This document shows, piece after piece, positions 30,992 to 41,140 of a stretch of 64,000 nt of DNA. The translations under genes and the position numbers were made by a program. This DNA is from an uncultured Alphaproteobacteria bacterium (GTDB lineage Bacteria > Pseudomonadota > Alphaproteobacteria > CACZRW01). Within the stretch, counting starts at the first letter, position 1. Each line of letters begins with the position of its first letter. Where the stretch lies: assembly GCA_944390645.1 (NCBI GenBank), contig CALXRE010000058.1, positions 10,737 to 74,736 on the forward strand, in the 5' to 3' direction. The notes under the pieces are model-generated. The model was not told where the DNA came from, did not search any database, and saw nothing but the letters and a program-made list of their open reading frames with translations.

Positions 30992-31605
30992 TTGCAAAAT
31001 TGTATGGAAAAATAGATACTTTAGATAATGGCTCTTTAATCTTAAATGTAGGAGGAGTCGGTTATTTAGTCTTTTGTTCTTCAAAAACTTTATCTAAAAT
31101 GCCAAAAAAAGGCGAAAGTGCTGCTTTGTTCATTGAAACAGTCGTAAGAGATGATGCTATTAATCTTTATGGCTTCGCTGAAGAATATGAAAAAAATTGC
31201 TTCAATATATTAACTGCTGTTCAAGGTGTCGGTGCTAAATTAGCTCTAGCTATATTGTCTTCTTTATCTCCTGATGCTCTAAACTTAGCAATAGCTTCTG
31301 AAGATGCAAAAGCTTTAAATAAAATAAATGGGGTCGGGGCAAAATTAGCTGCTCGACTTATTACTGAACTTAAAGATAAAATGGGCAATAGTTATATAAA
31401 CTCTAATATAAATCAGAGCCATTTTGAAAATAATCAAGCAGTTAATATACCTTCTGCTGCAAAAGACGCTGTATCTGCTTTGGCTAATCTTGGTTATCAA
31501 AAAATGGAAGCTCTTATGGCTGTGAATAAAGCTATTGCAAATATAGGTGAAAATGCTTCGTTGCAAAATCTCATTAAAGAAGCTCTAAAGGAATTCGGTA
31601 AATGA
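30988..31605 (+). CDS. ruvA: Holliday junction DNA helicase RuvA
   Basis: MIAKLYGKI start, HhH motifs [12 protein letters not shown] and [12 protein letters not shown]. Confidence 0.9.
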   Translation: MIAKLYGKIDTLDNGSLILNVGGVGYLVFCSSKTLSKMPKKGESAALFIETVVRDDAINLYGFAEEYEKNCFNILTAVQGVGAKLALAILSSLSPDALNLAIASEDAKALNKINGVGAKLAARLITELKDKMGNSYINSNINQSHFENNQAVNIPSAAKDAVSALANLGYQKMEALMAVNKAIANIGENASLQNLIKEALKEFGK

Positions 31606-32642
31606 AAGAAGAAAGAATTGTTGCTCCTCATTTCCAAAACGAAGATAAAGAAGAGGCTTCATCTTTACGCCCTTTGTTGCTTGAAGACTTTATTGGTCAA
31701 GACAAAGTAAAAGATAATATAAACGTCTTTATTAAAGCTGCCAAAAATCGTCAAGATGCAATGGATCATGTTCTATTGTTTGGTCCTCCTGGTTTAGGTA
31801 AAACTACTTTGGCTCAAATCATTGCTCGAGAATTGGGCGTTAATTTTAGAGCTACTTCTGGTCCTATGATTGCTAAGGCTGGAGATCTAGCTGCAATATT
31901 GACTAATTTAGAAGCTAGAGATGTATTGTTCATTGATGAAATACATCGTTTAAATCCTGCAATAGAAGAAGTATTATATTCCGCTATGGAAGATTTCCAG
32001 TTAGATTTAATTATTGGAGAAGGTCCTGCTGCTCGATCGGTTAGAATAGATCTTCAACCTTTTACTCTCGTAGGGGCTACTACTAGATCTGGTTTGTTGA
32101 CTACTCCTTTGCGTGATAGGTTCGGTATACCCTTGAGACTAGATTTTTATAAGCCAGAAGATTTGGAAAAAATCGTCTTCCGAGCCGCTGAAATATTAAA
32201 AATGCCCATAACTTTACTTGGCGCAAAAGAAATCGCTATGCGGGCAAGAGGAACTCCTCGTGTGGCTGCAAGACTGTTAAAAAGAGTGCGTGACTTTGCT
32301 TCTGTAGCTAATGCTTCTACTATCGATGAAAAAATTGCTGATTCTGCACTTAAAAAGTTGGAAGTGGATGATAAAGGTTTAGATACCATGGATCGAAGAT
32401 ATCTTAGATGTATAGTGGAAAAATATGCTGGAGGACCTGTCGGGGCAGATACTTTGTCTGCAGCTTTGGCTGAAGAAAGAGATACTATAGAAGAAGTGAT
32501 TGAACCATTCTTAATGCAACTTGGCTTGGTACAAAGAACTCCTCGCGGAAGAATCTTATCTCCTGCTGGATATAAACATTTAGGAATCAAAGAGCCTAAA
32601 ACTAATAATACACCTGATTTATTCTCGGAGGTGGATAAATAA
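31602..32642 (+). CDS. ruvB: Holliday junction DNA helicase RuvB
   Basis: Walker [12 protein letters not shown], Walker [10 protein letters not shown], sensor and arginine finger regions. Confidence 0.92.
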   Translation: MKEERIVAPHFQNEDKEEASSLRPLLLEDFIGQDKVKDNINVFIKAAKNRQDAMDHVLLFGPPGLGKTTLAQIIARELGVNFRATSGPMIAKAGDLAAILTNLEARDVLFIDEIHRLNPAIEEVLYSAMEDFQLDLIIGEGPAARSVRIDLQPFTLVGATTRSGLLTTPLRDRFGIPLRLDFYKPEDLEKIVFRAAEILKMPITLLGAKEIAMRARGTPRVAARLLKRVRDFASVANASTIDEKIADSALKKLEVDDKGLDTMDRRYLRCIVEKYAGGPVGADTLSAALAEERDTIEEVIEPFLMQLGLVQRTPRGRILSPAGYKHLGIKEPKTNNTPDLFSEVDK

Positions 32643-33061
32643 TGAAATCTTTTGTGTACAATAGAAGAGTATATTTCCGAGATACAGATGCTGGTGGTGT
32701 GGTATATCACGCTAATTATTTAGCTTTTGCTGAAGAAGCTAGAACTCAAGCTTTGTTGTCTCTGTCTGAGGACTTCTCTAACGTAGCTATGATGCAAAAA
32801 GGCGAGGTATTCGTTGTGGTGCATTGTGAAGTCGATTTTATTAAATCTGCTAAGCTCGATGATCAATTGGTTATATATTCTAATGTCTTGAAATTAGCTC
32901 CTGCTTCTGCGGTGTTTTTGCAAAATATAATGAAAAATGATACCCTTTTAGCAAAGCTAAAAGTCAAAGTAGCTGCAATAAATATGGCTTCTGGACGCCC
33001 TATATCCTTTAACCCAAAACTAAAAGAACTTTTAAAGCAATATATCAAAACGGAGGAATAA
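32642..33061 (+). CDS. ybgC: tol-pal-associated acyl-CoA thioesterase (4HBT fold)
   Basis: YFRDTDAGGVVYHANYL hot-dog thioesterase motif; directly upstream of tolQ. Confidence 0.8.
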   Translation: MKSFVYNRRVYFRDTDAGGVVYHANYLAFAEEARTQALLSLSEDFSNVAMMQKGEVFVVVHCEVDFIKSAKLDDQLVIYSNVLKLAPASAVFLQNIMKNDTLLAKLKVKVAAINMASGRPISFNPKLKELLKQYIKTEE

Positions 33062-33063
33062 TT

Positions 33064-33789
33064 ATGGAAACTGAAGCTATAAATACTATTTCTACGGCAA
33101 ACCTTTCTTTATGGGCTTTATTCTGGCAGGCAGATTTTATAGTTAAAATGGTAATTTTAGCTTTGTTGGCTGCTTCTGTTTGGTCTTGGGCTATAATTAT
33201 TGAAAAATTATTATGCTTTAAACGAATACGTCTTGGAATGCGAAAATTTGAAGAAAAATTCTGGTCCGGAATGCCTTTAGATCGTTTGTATGCAGAGGTG
33301 AAAGATGAACATACAAATCCTATGGCGGATATTTTCTCCGCTGCAACTAAAGAGTGGAAAACTTCGGGTTTCGTCGTAGAAAATGTAAATCATGTTATGG
33401 GACTACAACAAAGAATTGAAAGAGTAATGAAAATTACTTTGGATAAAGAAATTGGAAAAATGGAAACTCGGATGACTTTTCTGGCTTCTACTGGAGCTGT
33501 GGCTCCTTTCGTAGGTCTGTTCGGAACTGTATGGGGAATTATGAATAGCTTTCATGCTATCGGATTAACTAATAATACTAGTTTGGCTGTTGTAGCTCCT
33601 GGTATTGCTGAAGCTCTATTTGCTACAGCTTTGGGTTTGGTCGCCGCTATACCTGCGGTGATCGCTTATAATAAACTATCTAGTGATATTGATAAAATTG
33701 CAGTTAAATTAGAAAATTTCGCAGGTGAATTCTCGGCTATAATGTCTAGACAAATAGATGCAAAAACAGCAAAAATTAAAGGAAATTAA
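33064..33789 (+). CDS. tolQ: Tol-Pal system protein TolQ
   Basis: MotA/TolQ/ExbB family TM pattern with GLFGTVWGIM and LVAAIPAVIAYN. Confidence 0.88.
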   Translation: METEAINTISTANLSLWALFWQADFIVKMVILALLAASVWSWAIIIEKLLCFKRIRLGMRKFEEKFWSGMPLDRLYAEVKDEHTNPMADIFSAATKEWKTSGFVVENVNHVMGLQQRIERVMKITLDKEIGKMETRMTFLASTGAVAPFVGLFGTVWGIMNSFHAIGLTNNTSLAVVAPGIAEALFATALGLVAAIPAVIAYNKLSSDIDKIAVKLENFAGEFSAIMSRQIDAKTAKIKGN

Positions 33790-33794
33790 TTAGT

Positions 33795-34232
33795 ATGTCT
33801 ATGTATTTTAATCGTCGATCTGCTTCTCTTAATCGAAAAAAAGCTATGAGTGATATAAATGTTACTCCTATGGTAGACGTTATGTTAGTCTTGTTGGTTA
33901 TCTTTATGGTAACTGCTCCTTTACTTACTTCTGGAATTAATATCGATCTACCTAAAGGCGATGGAAAAGTTATGCAAAGTAGTGATAAATCTTTAGACAT
34001 AAGCATAAATCATAAGGGAAAAATATTTATTGGAAATAAAGAATATAAACAATCTGAAGTAATTCCTAAAATTACTTCTATCGCTGAAAATAATCCTGAA
34101 ATTAGAATTATTATTAGCGGAGATAAAAAAGCTTCTTATGGTCAGATTATTGAAGTCATGGCTATGATTAAAGCGGCGGGATTTTCTAAAGTCGGTTTGA
34201 AAACCGACCCTAAAGAGGTGGTGAAAAAGTAA
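33795..34232 (+). CDS. tolR: Tol-Pal system protein TolR (ExbD family)
   Basis: INVTPMVDVMLVLLVIFMVTAPL ExbD/TolR TM and core. Confidence 0.85.
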   Translation: MSMYFNRRSASLNRKKAMSDINVTPMVDVMLVLLVIFMVTAPLLTSGINIDLPKGDGKVMQSSDKSLDISINHKGKIFIGNKEYKQSEVIPKITSIAENNPEIRIIISGDKKASYGQIIEVMAMIKAAGFSKVGLKTDPKEVVKK

Positions 34233-34233
34233 A

Positions 34234-35067
34234 GTGAAAAAACCTTTGCTCGCTTCAATTGTTATGCATATTGTTTTAATTACGGCTATCTTAATCGATT
34301 TGCCTATCTGGACTCATGTGCCTAAAAATAATCCTAAAGAAAATATCGTCTTCGTCGATTTATCTAAAATAAAAATAGCTGAAATATCTAACCTACCAAA
34401 AACTAAAGAAAAAAAAGCAACTCAAACTAATAAAACTAATAACAAAAAAAATGAACCCAAAACGGTTAAAATAAAAAATAAGCCTAAAACTAAAAGAGAA
34501 ACGACAAAAACAAAAAAAACTGATGCAACCTTAGAAAATAATCAAAAAAATAATGAAAAAAAACAATCTCAAGTTCAAAAACAAGATAAAAGTAATAATG
34601 AAATAAAAAGTCTTTTAGCCTCTGTCGAAAAAATTAAAGAAAATATACAAAAAGAAGCTGATCCAGAAAACCAAAACGATAAAAATAAAGGTATATCTGG
34701 AGGAAATGAAGGTTCTTATAATCAAATATTATCAATAAGCGAAAAAGATTTAATCTCAGCTAAATTAAGAGCTTGTTGGTCCTTAGATCCTGGCGTAAAA
34801 AATGTTGATGATATTATAGTCGAAGTTGAAACTATCTTATCTCCTGAAGGTCAAGTAAACGCAGTGCAAATCGTTGATACTTATAAATATAATAATGATG
34901 CTGCCTTCCGGGCTATTGCGGAAAGCGCTCGTAGAGCGGTTCTTATTTGTGGAAAAATGAACGAAGAATCACCTTTTGTCTTGCTGGCAAAACGCCATCC
35001 TGATAAATATAATTCCTGGAAAAATATGCGCCTGTTTTTTAATCCTTTAGACGGCGGAGTCAATTAA
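34234..35067 (+). CDS. tolA: TolA-like protein (Lys/Asn-rich linker, C-terminal TolA domain)
   Basis: N-terminal TM anchor, long K/N/T-rich low-complexity linker, C-terminal globular domain; position between tolR and tolB. Confidence 0.7.
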   Translation: MKKPLLASIVMHIVLITAILIDLPIWTHVPKNNPKENIVFVDLSKIKIAEISNLPKTKEKKATQTNKTNNKKNEPKTVKIKNKPKTKRETTKTKKTDATLENNQKNNEKKQSQVQKQDKSNNEIKSLLASVEKIKENIQKEADPENQNDKNKGISGGNEGSYNQILSISEKDLISAKLRACWSLDPGVKNVDDIIVEVETILSPEGQVNAVQIVDTYKYNNDAAFRAIAESARRAVLICGKMNEESPFVLLAKRHPDKYNSWKNMRLFFNPLDGGVN

Positions 35068-36381
35068 ATGTATAAAATAATAATCTTTTTAACCGTATTC
35101 TCTTGTATGATAAATACAGCAAATGCTGAATTGCGTATTGATGTTACTGGGGCTAAATCAGAGCCTATGCCTATTGCTATCCCTGATTTCATCCCTTCTA
35201 ATCAAGATGTGAATGATACGGCTAAAAATATAACAAAAGTAATCTCTGATGATTTAAAAAACTCTGGTCTATTTGAAATCCTTAATCAAAACGGCTTTAT
35301 CCAAAAATTCTCCTCTATAGAACAACGCCCTAATTTTAATGACTGGCAAGCTATAAATGCTCAAGCCTTAATCCAAGGGGCTGTCGAAAATTTAAAAGAT
35401 GGCAAAATTAAAGTATCTTTCCGTTTGTGGGACGTATTCGCATCTAGCCAAATGGAAGGAAAAGTAATGACCACTAAAAGCGATAATTGGAGAAGAATTG
35501 CTCATATTATCGCTGATGCAGTATATAAAAGAATTACAGGGGAAAATGGCTATTTTGATACTCGGATAGTCTATATCGCTGAAACGGGAAAACAAACTAA
35601 AAAAATAAAACGTTTAGCCGTAATGGATCAAGACGGAGAAAATATTCGTATACTTACTGATGGACAAGATATGATATTAACTCCTCGCTTCTCTCCAAAT
35701 ATGCAGAAAATTACTTACTTATCTTATTATAAAAATAATCCTAAAGTGTATATTTTTGATATGGAAACTGGAAAACAGGAGTTAATTGGTAACTTCCCTG
35801 GTATGACTTTCGCTCCAAGATTTTCTCCCGATGGGAAAAGCGTGATCATGAGTATGGCTTTGAATGGTAATAGTGATGTCTATCTTATGAATTTAACAAC
35901 TAAAAAAAAGCAAAGACTTACTAATCATCCTGCTATCGATACTTCTCCTAGTTTCTCTCCTGATGGAAAACAAATTACCTTTAATTCAGATCGTAGTGGA
36001 ACACCTCAGATATATGTCATGAATGCTGATGGTAGTGATGTGAAAAGAATAAGTTTTGGAAATGGTAAATATGCTACTCCTGTATGGTCTCCTAGAGGTG
36101 ATTATATCGCTTTTACTAAAATCTATGAAGGAAACTTCTATATCGGAATTATGTTCCCTGATGGATCGGGAGAAAGACAATTGGCTTCTGGATATCTTGT
36201 AGAAGCTCCTACTTGGGCTCCTAACGGACGTGTATTGATGTTCTTTAGGCAAGATCCTCCTGAAAATGGAAAACCTGGAAAAACAAAATTATATACTATA
36301 GATATTACTGGATATAATGAAAGAATCGTTGATACTCCTACTGATGCTTCAGATCCAGCTTGGTCTCCTTTGTTACCATAA
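35068..36381 (+). CDS. tolB: Tol-Pal system beta-propeller protein TolB
   Basis: Signal peptide, N-terminal TolB domain, repeated PxFSPDG beta-propeller blades ([28 protein letters not shown]). Confidence 0.9.
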   Translation: MYKIIIFLTVFSCMINTANAELRIDVTGAKSEPMPIAIPDFIPSNQDVNDTAKNITKVISDDLKNSGLFEILNQNGFIQKFSSIEQRPNFNDWQAINAQALIQGAVENLKDGKIKVSFRLWDVFASSQMEGKVMTTKSDNWRRIAHIIADAVYKRITGENGYFDTRIVYIAETGKQTKKIKRLAVMDQDGENIRILTDGQDMILTPRFSPNMQKITYLSYYKNNPKVYIFDMETGKQELIGNFPGMTFAPRFSPDGKSVIMSMALNGNSDVYLMNLTTKKKQRLTNHPAIDTSPSFSPDGKQITFNSDRSGTPQIYVMNADGSDVKRISFGNGKYATPVWSPRGDYIAFTKIYEGNFYIGIMFPDGSGERQLASGYLVEAPTWAPNGRVLMFFRQDPPENGKPGKTKLYTIDITGYNERIVDTPTDASDPAWSPLLP

Positions 36382-36397
36382 AAAATCGACAAACCGT

Positions 36398-36426
36398 TTG
36401 ACAACATAAATCCTCGGTAGTATTAC
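36398..36426 (+). promoter_or_regulatory. candidate sigma70 promoter for the 36463 gene
   Basis: TTGACA (36398-36403), 17-nt spacer, TATTAC (36421-36426); weak -10. Confidence 0.35.
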
Positions 36427-36462
36427 TTAAATAAACTATAATCATAGTTAATGAGGATTAAA

Positions 36463-37053
36463 ATGGATAAAAATAATTTTGCTACTAATTATGATAAAAA
36501 AATCCACGATCTTTATCGTCTAATCAAAATAGATGGAAATTGCTTACGATTAAAAAAAGAAAATTGGCAAACAATTTTAAAAGTATCTTCTATCTTGGAG
36601 GATCTAGAAATAAACTATGATTTCAGTTTTATAAGAGATGATTTCTTTAAAAAGGAAGTAACTATTGTTTCCTTCGCTAATCCAAAAGATTTGCAAATAA
36701 TTAAAGACTTGTTGGTACTAGAAAATAAAAAAATTAAAGATAAAATTAGTACCGCTAGTTATGAAAATAAAATAAATATCCTTGCTGCCGTCTTTTCTGT
36801 AACAAAACAAGGTTTTCTAGAAACTCCAAAATATTTGGGAAAATCTCCTGAAGCTTTTTTCCAAACGGATTTGCGCTTTAAAATAGCTATGGAAACGCTA
36901 AGAAATTTAAATTTCTCTATAGCGGAAGTGCAACAAAAAAGAAACTCTCTCTTGTTTATTCCAGATGGAGAAAAAACTCAAAAAATCATTCAAGATATCT
37001 TAAATGCTAGAATCAATATCCAACTCGCTAATAATAAAAAAAGAACTAAGTAA
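36463..37053 (+). CDS. hypothetical protein (approx 196 aa) in the position normally occupied by pal
   Basis: GAGGA RBS 5 nt before ATG 36463. No signal peptide or OmpA-like motif; no recognisable family. Confidence 0.5.
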   Translation: MDKNNFATNYDKKIHDLYRLIKIDGNCLRLKKENWQTILKVSSILEDLEINYDFSFIRDDFFKKEVTIVSFANPKDLQIIKDLLVLENKKIKDKISTASYENKINILAAVFSVTKQGFLETPKYLGKSPEAFFQTDLRFKIAMETLRNLNFSIAEVQQKRNSLLFIPDGEKTQKIIQDILNARINIQLANNKKRTK

Positions 37054-37080
37054 AAATCCAATTTGATCTCTACTTAGAAA

Positions 37081-37503
37081 TCAAATGTTCTCTGGTTCAA
37101 GAGTTCTAATGCGTTTGCAAAGTACTGGTATTAAAGCTCTCGCTATATCTGGATGCTCATTGATAAGATCATAAATCTCTACCCCTTTAAGACGAAACAT
37201 TAAAGTATCATCTATCGCGGATATTGTTAAATCTATAGGGGCTGGATCAAATGCATAGGTTACTCCAAAAAAAGAATTCTTACCTAATTCCTTTATCGTC
37301 TTGCCTCCTTTTTCAAAGCGGACCATGCCTTGTACAATTATATATAAAGAATCTAAAATCCCTCCTTCTTTAATAATATCTGAACCAATGATAGCTGGAA
37401 CATCCGTACTCTTCCTAACTATATCGCTTAGTACGGATTCTGGAATACCTGAAAATAAAGGTATCGTTTTCAAAAATAAAACTTTCTCAAAGGTTAATCG
37501 CAT
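37081..37503 (-). CDS. stand-alone cyclic-nucleotide-binding (CAP-effector-like) domain protein with atypical phosphate-binding cassette
   Basis: G-D-x-x-Y-I-V-x-G-x-V pattern (GGILDSLYIIVQGMVRFEKGG) and FFGVTYAF cassette of the cNMP-binding beta-barrel. No HTH. 140 aa. Confidence 0.65.
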   Translation of the reverse strand: MRLTFEKVLFLKTIPLFSGIPESVLSDIVRKSTDVPAIIGSDIIKEGGILDSLYIIVQGMVRFEKGGKTIKELGKNSFFGVTYAFDPAPIDLTISAIDDTLMFRLKGVEIYDLINEHPDIARALIPVLCKRIRTLEPENI

Positions 37504-37515
37504 TACCGTAATCTC

Positions 37516-40221
37516 CTAGTCAAATACAAAATGAGCTATCCTAAATACTTCTGGACAGGGATCTTTAAAGCAGACTGCTGCAAAATCTCTTAGTTCTTCT
37601 TTAGTCGCAACTCGACTTAAAGCCCAAACAGCGGTTTCTCTAATTAAATTATCTGAATTACTACCCGCAAATAATAAAACATCTTTTAAACTCTTATCTT
37701 GGCTCTTGCCCGCAACATAAACTGCACAAGAGGTCGTCCAAGAATGTAAACTACCATTCGCATAATATATTAAATCTTTTAATCGATCAGAAAGATTTAA
37801 TGCACCTATAAACGGTGATGATGATTCTTGATACTTCTTACCGTGAGTAAACGGTAATGTAAAAGATGAGCTAATATCTCCATAATAACTTAAAAGCTTC
37901 TTTAAATTTTTTATCCTATCTTCGCTTTGTTCATGTTCCTTAGCTAAGGCAACGCCTAGAGTATTTACGGAATCCAAAAGTTCTTTATGTTCTTCTTTAC
38001 TCCGATTTATATCATTCTCTGCTGAGCTTAACCAAGCTAAATGCTCTAATTCACTCTTAAGATGCGTACTTAATATTGACGGATTTCCAAAATCAATAAA
38101 AAGATAATCTTTAGAAGTTAAAATCTTTAAAATAACCATCTGTAAATATCTTGATGAGTTATTTAAAACTTCTAATAAAATCGTTTGCGCCTTTAATCCT
38201 CCTATACGACCTATGATATTTATTAACCGTACTTGTAAAGAAATACTGTGTTCTTCAGAATATAATGCTTCTTTTAAGTATGGTAAGGCTTCTTCATCTA
38301 GCTTTAAAAGACCTTCTGTCGCATCCTCTCTGAGCTCAGGAACACTAAGTGCATAGATTAGTTCTTTGGCTAGCTTTGTTGTTCTAAGCTTGCCTGCAGC
38401 AATTACAGCTTCTCTCCTTACTTGAAGTGTCTCATCATGAAGCAAAGGAAATAAAGGACGATAATATTCCTTAATTTTAACACTACCTATGATCTGGGCT
38501 ACTAATAGCCTTTGTTCAGCATTTTCCGAGTTGATTAAACCTGCTATACTTTGAGAGGCTATAAACGATCCTTCTAATCCTCCTTTTAATAAACCTATGG
38601 CGGCTCCTTTTATCATGTTAGGATTGTTTAAATACCAAGAAACTTTCGAATATGTATTCTCTCCCCCTATAACACAATAAGCTCTTAATGCTCGATTGCG
38701 AACCTCTATTGAAGGATCTAATTCTACTAAATTTAAAATTAAAGGTAAGGCACTCTTAACCTTTAAATACTCTAATCTAGAAAGAGCAAAAAGTCTTACT
38801 CGTTCTTCAGAATTATTCAAAGAATACGAAAGTAATCGATCAATACTTGGATGTTCAGATACTTCTAAAACTCTTAAAAAATAAATCGTACTTTCTACAT
38901 CTTGATGTAAAATTTCTTCCTCTATGTAATCTTTTAAATGCTTATCTTCTAAAAATAAACGACCTCCCCACCAATAACGACTCATTAAAGTATCATATGT
39001 AATGCGGGTATAAAGACGAAAAGAAATATAAGCAAAAAGAATAATCAAAAGCGTAATTATTAATAATGAAATCGGTAAATCCCAAAATACAGGATGCGCC
39101 TCTATAAAAATTAAAAGAACTCCTGCAAAAACTATACTTACTGGTTCAACTATGATCCTTCTTACTGCTGATAGGCGTTTGCCTAAAGAAGGAAGTAAAG
39201 GAACTGAAAAGGATTTTGCTATCGGAGTAAGAACTAATTTATATATAATATCTTTCCCCATACGCGAAAAAGAAACTAGCCATAATAAAACTAAAAAACA
39301 ACCTGTCGCTCCTATAAAAATAAATATAGGAAGCGTTAATATCGTTGCTTTTAAACCTCTTATCCAAGGAAAATAATGAAATAACAATATAATAGCTAAA
39401 GTTAATAAACCTGCAAAAACATGAAACATCGCAAAAAAAGCTGTCATGTTCGATAGCCATTCTCCATATATCGCATAAACTCCTTGATAAAAAACGTAAT
39501 CGATTAAATAGCCTCCGATAATAAATAAACTTATTAAAGCAAAAAAACAGCATACAAGATATATTTGACGAGGAGAATTCTTTATTCCTTGAACGGTATA
39601 TGTTGAAGAATCTGGTTTGTGCTTATCTAAATGCTTCGCTATCCGATATAACAAAAATCCTGAAATAAATAATAAAAAGGTACTAATTAAAATTAAATTT
39701 ATTGGTAAGACAAAATAAACTAAAACCGTAACCGCAAGTCCACTTGTAATCATCGCTATAGCTTCAGTTGAAAGAATAGCTAGAAAACGCCAAGACTTCC
39801 AATCGTATTCACAAAAACGAAGTGCTATCAGCATAAAAGTAATATCGCTTAAAATAACACAAACGCTCTTCCATACCATTAATGAAGAGATAGAAAAACT
39901 GTTGTATTGACCAAAATAAAGAAGATAAAGCATCAAGGTAATAATAGATAAGGCCATCAAGGTTATTCCCGCCATTATCCCTGGTTGCTTCTTTATTCGA
40001 ATAAAATGAATCGATCCTATGCTCATTAATATACCTGATAGCATAAAGACTATCGGTAAATAGGCTCCTGAAAATTCATATAAAAAAATCGAAGAGGAAG
40101 CCGTCTCTAACATTAAAGACGAAATACGTCGTAGTAAATCACAACAAAAAAGCAAAAGTAAAAGCTTAGCTTCCTTACTCTTAAGTTGTAAAATCTCGTT
40201 TAACGTTCTATCTGATGCCAA
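37516..40221 (-). CDS. large polytopic membrane protein (10-12 TM, MFS/TLC-like) fused to C-terminal HEAT / PBS-lyase-like repeat array
   Basis: N-terminal approx 420 aa are almost entirely hydrophobic helices. The C-terminal approx 450 aa contain repeated units of type SxEVRNRALRAYCVIGG, VRREAVIAAGKL, LREDATEGLLKL, IRETAVWALSRV, typical of HEAT_2 repeats. Confidence 0.6.
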   Translation of the reverse strand: MASDRTLNEILQLKSKEAKLLLLLFCCDLLRRISSLMLETASSSIFLYEFSGAYLPIVFMLSGILMSIGSIHFIRIKKQPGIMAGITLMALSIITLMLYLLYFGQYNSFSISSLMVWKSVCVILSDITFMLIALRFCEYDWKSWRFLAILSTEAIAMITSGLAVTVLVYFVLPINLILISTFLLFISGFLLYRIAKHLDKHKPDSSTYTVQGIKNSPRQIYLVCCFFALISLFIIGGYLIDYVFYQGVYAIYGEWLSNMTAFFAMFHVFAGLLTLAIILLFHYFPWIRGLKATILTLPIFIFIGATGCFLVLLWLVSFSRMGKDIIYKLVLTPIAKSFSVPLLPSLGKRLSAVRRIIVEPVSIVFAGVLLIFIEAHPVFWDLPISLLIITLLIILFAYISFRLYTRITYDTLMSRYWWGGRLFLEDKHLKDYIEEEILHQDVESTIYFLRVLEVSEHPSIDRLLSYSLNNSEERVRLFALSRLEYLKVKSALPLILNLVELDPSIEVRNRALRAYCVIGGENTYSKVSWYLNNPNMIKGAAIGLLKGGLEGSFIASQSIAGLINSENAEQRLLVAQIIGSVKIKEYYRPLFPLLHDETLQVRREAVIAAGKLRTTKLAKELIYALSVPELREDATEGLLKLDEEALPYLKEALYSEEHSISLQVRLINIIGRIGGLKAQTILLEVLNNSSRYLQMVILKILTSKDYLFIDFGNPSILSTHLKSELEHLAWLSSAENDINRSKEEHKELLDSVNTLGVALAKEHEQSEDRIKNLKKLLSYYGDISSSFTLPFTHGKKYQESSSPFIGALNLSDRLKDLIYYANGSLHSWTTSCAVYVAGKSQDKSLKDVLLFAGSNSDNLIRETAVWALSRVATKEELRDFAAVCFKDPCPEVFRIAHFVFD

Positions 40222-40222
40222 T

Positions 40223-41140
40223 TTATTTTACTCCCATAAGGATAGCTGAATAATCTTCTGCCTTAAACTCTTGTAAATCTTCTAATCCTTCTCCTACACC
40301 TATATAGTGTATAGGTATTTTAAACTTGTCTGCAAGAGATACAATTACTCCTCCTTTCGCTGTACCGTCAAGCTTGGTAACTATTATACCTGTAACTCCA
40401 AGAATAGAACTAAATGCTTCAACTTGTAAATGCGCATTTTGACCTACTGTCGCATCTAAAACTAAAATACAAGAATGAGGGGCTTCTTTATCAAGCTTTT
40501 TTATTACTCTAACTATTTTCTCTATCTCTGACATTAGTGTACTTTTGTTTTGTAAACGTCCTGCTGTGTCTATTAGTAAAACATCATCTCCTCGTCTCTG
40601 ACTTTGCTGATATGAATCATAAATAAGACCTGCTGAATCAGAACCATGAGAACCACAAAAAACATGACTACAGGTACGTTCTCCCCATACCTTTAATTGT
40701 TCTATGGCTGCGGCTCTAAAGGTATCTCCTGCAACTAAACTAACCTTTAATCCTTCTTTCCTAAATCTATCCGCTAGTTTCCCTATTGTGGTTGTTTTCC
40801 CTGAACCATTTACTCCCGCAAATAAAATAACATATGGTTTCCTTTGCTTATCTATGGATAAGGGAACAGATACCGATTCTAATATCTTACTTATTCCTTT
40901 ACTTAAAAAAAGACGAACTTCTTCTCCTGTTACCTCTTTACCAAACTTCTCTTTGCTTAATGCTCCTAAAAGCTTCTTGCTTGTGTTGTATCCTACATCT
41001 GACATTAATAACAAATCTTCAAGTTCTTCTATGGCTGTATCATCAAGTCTCTTCTTCGTAAAAATATTACCTATACCAGAAACTAAAGAACTCGATGTCC
41101 GATTTAAGCCGCTTTTTAATCTATTGAAAAAGCCTAGCAT
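40223..41140 (-). CDS. ftsY: signal recognition particle receptor FtsY (short alphaproteobacterial form)
   Basis: SRP GTPase motifs GVNGSGKTTTIGKLA, DTAGR and TKLDGTAKGG. Confidence 0.9.
   Translation of the reverse strand: MLGFFNRLKSGLNRTSSSLVSGIGNIFTKKRLDDTAIEELEDLLLMSDVGYNTSKKLLGALSKEKFGKEVTGEEVRLFLSKGISKILESVSVPLSIDKQRKPYVILFAGVNGSGKTTTIGKLADRFRKEGLKVSLVAGDTFRAAAIEQLKVWGERTCSHVFCGSHGSDSAGLIYDSYQQSQRRGDDVLLIDTAGRLQNKSTLMSEIEKIVRVIKKLDKEAPHSCILVLDATVGQNAHLQVEAFSSILGVTGIIVTKLDGTAKGGVIVSLADKFKIPIHYIGVGEGLEDLQEFKAEDYSAILMGVK

Noticed and set aside
34380-34700. A/K-rich repetitive stretch that could be mistaken for a tandem repeat or CRISPR-like array
   Set aside because: It is the in-frame Lys/Asn-rich linker of TolA. 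No regular repeat-spacer periodicity.
38696-39553. Several 60-104 aa ORFs on both strands inside 37516-40221
   Set aside because: Embedded in or antisense to the long membrane/HEAT gene; no independent signals.
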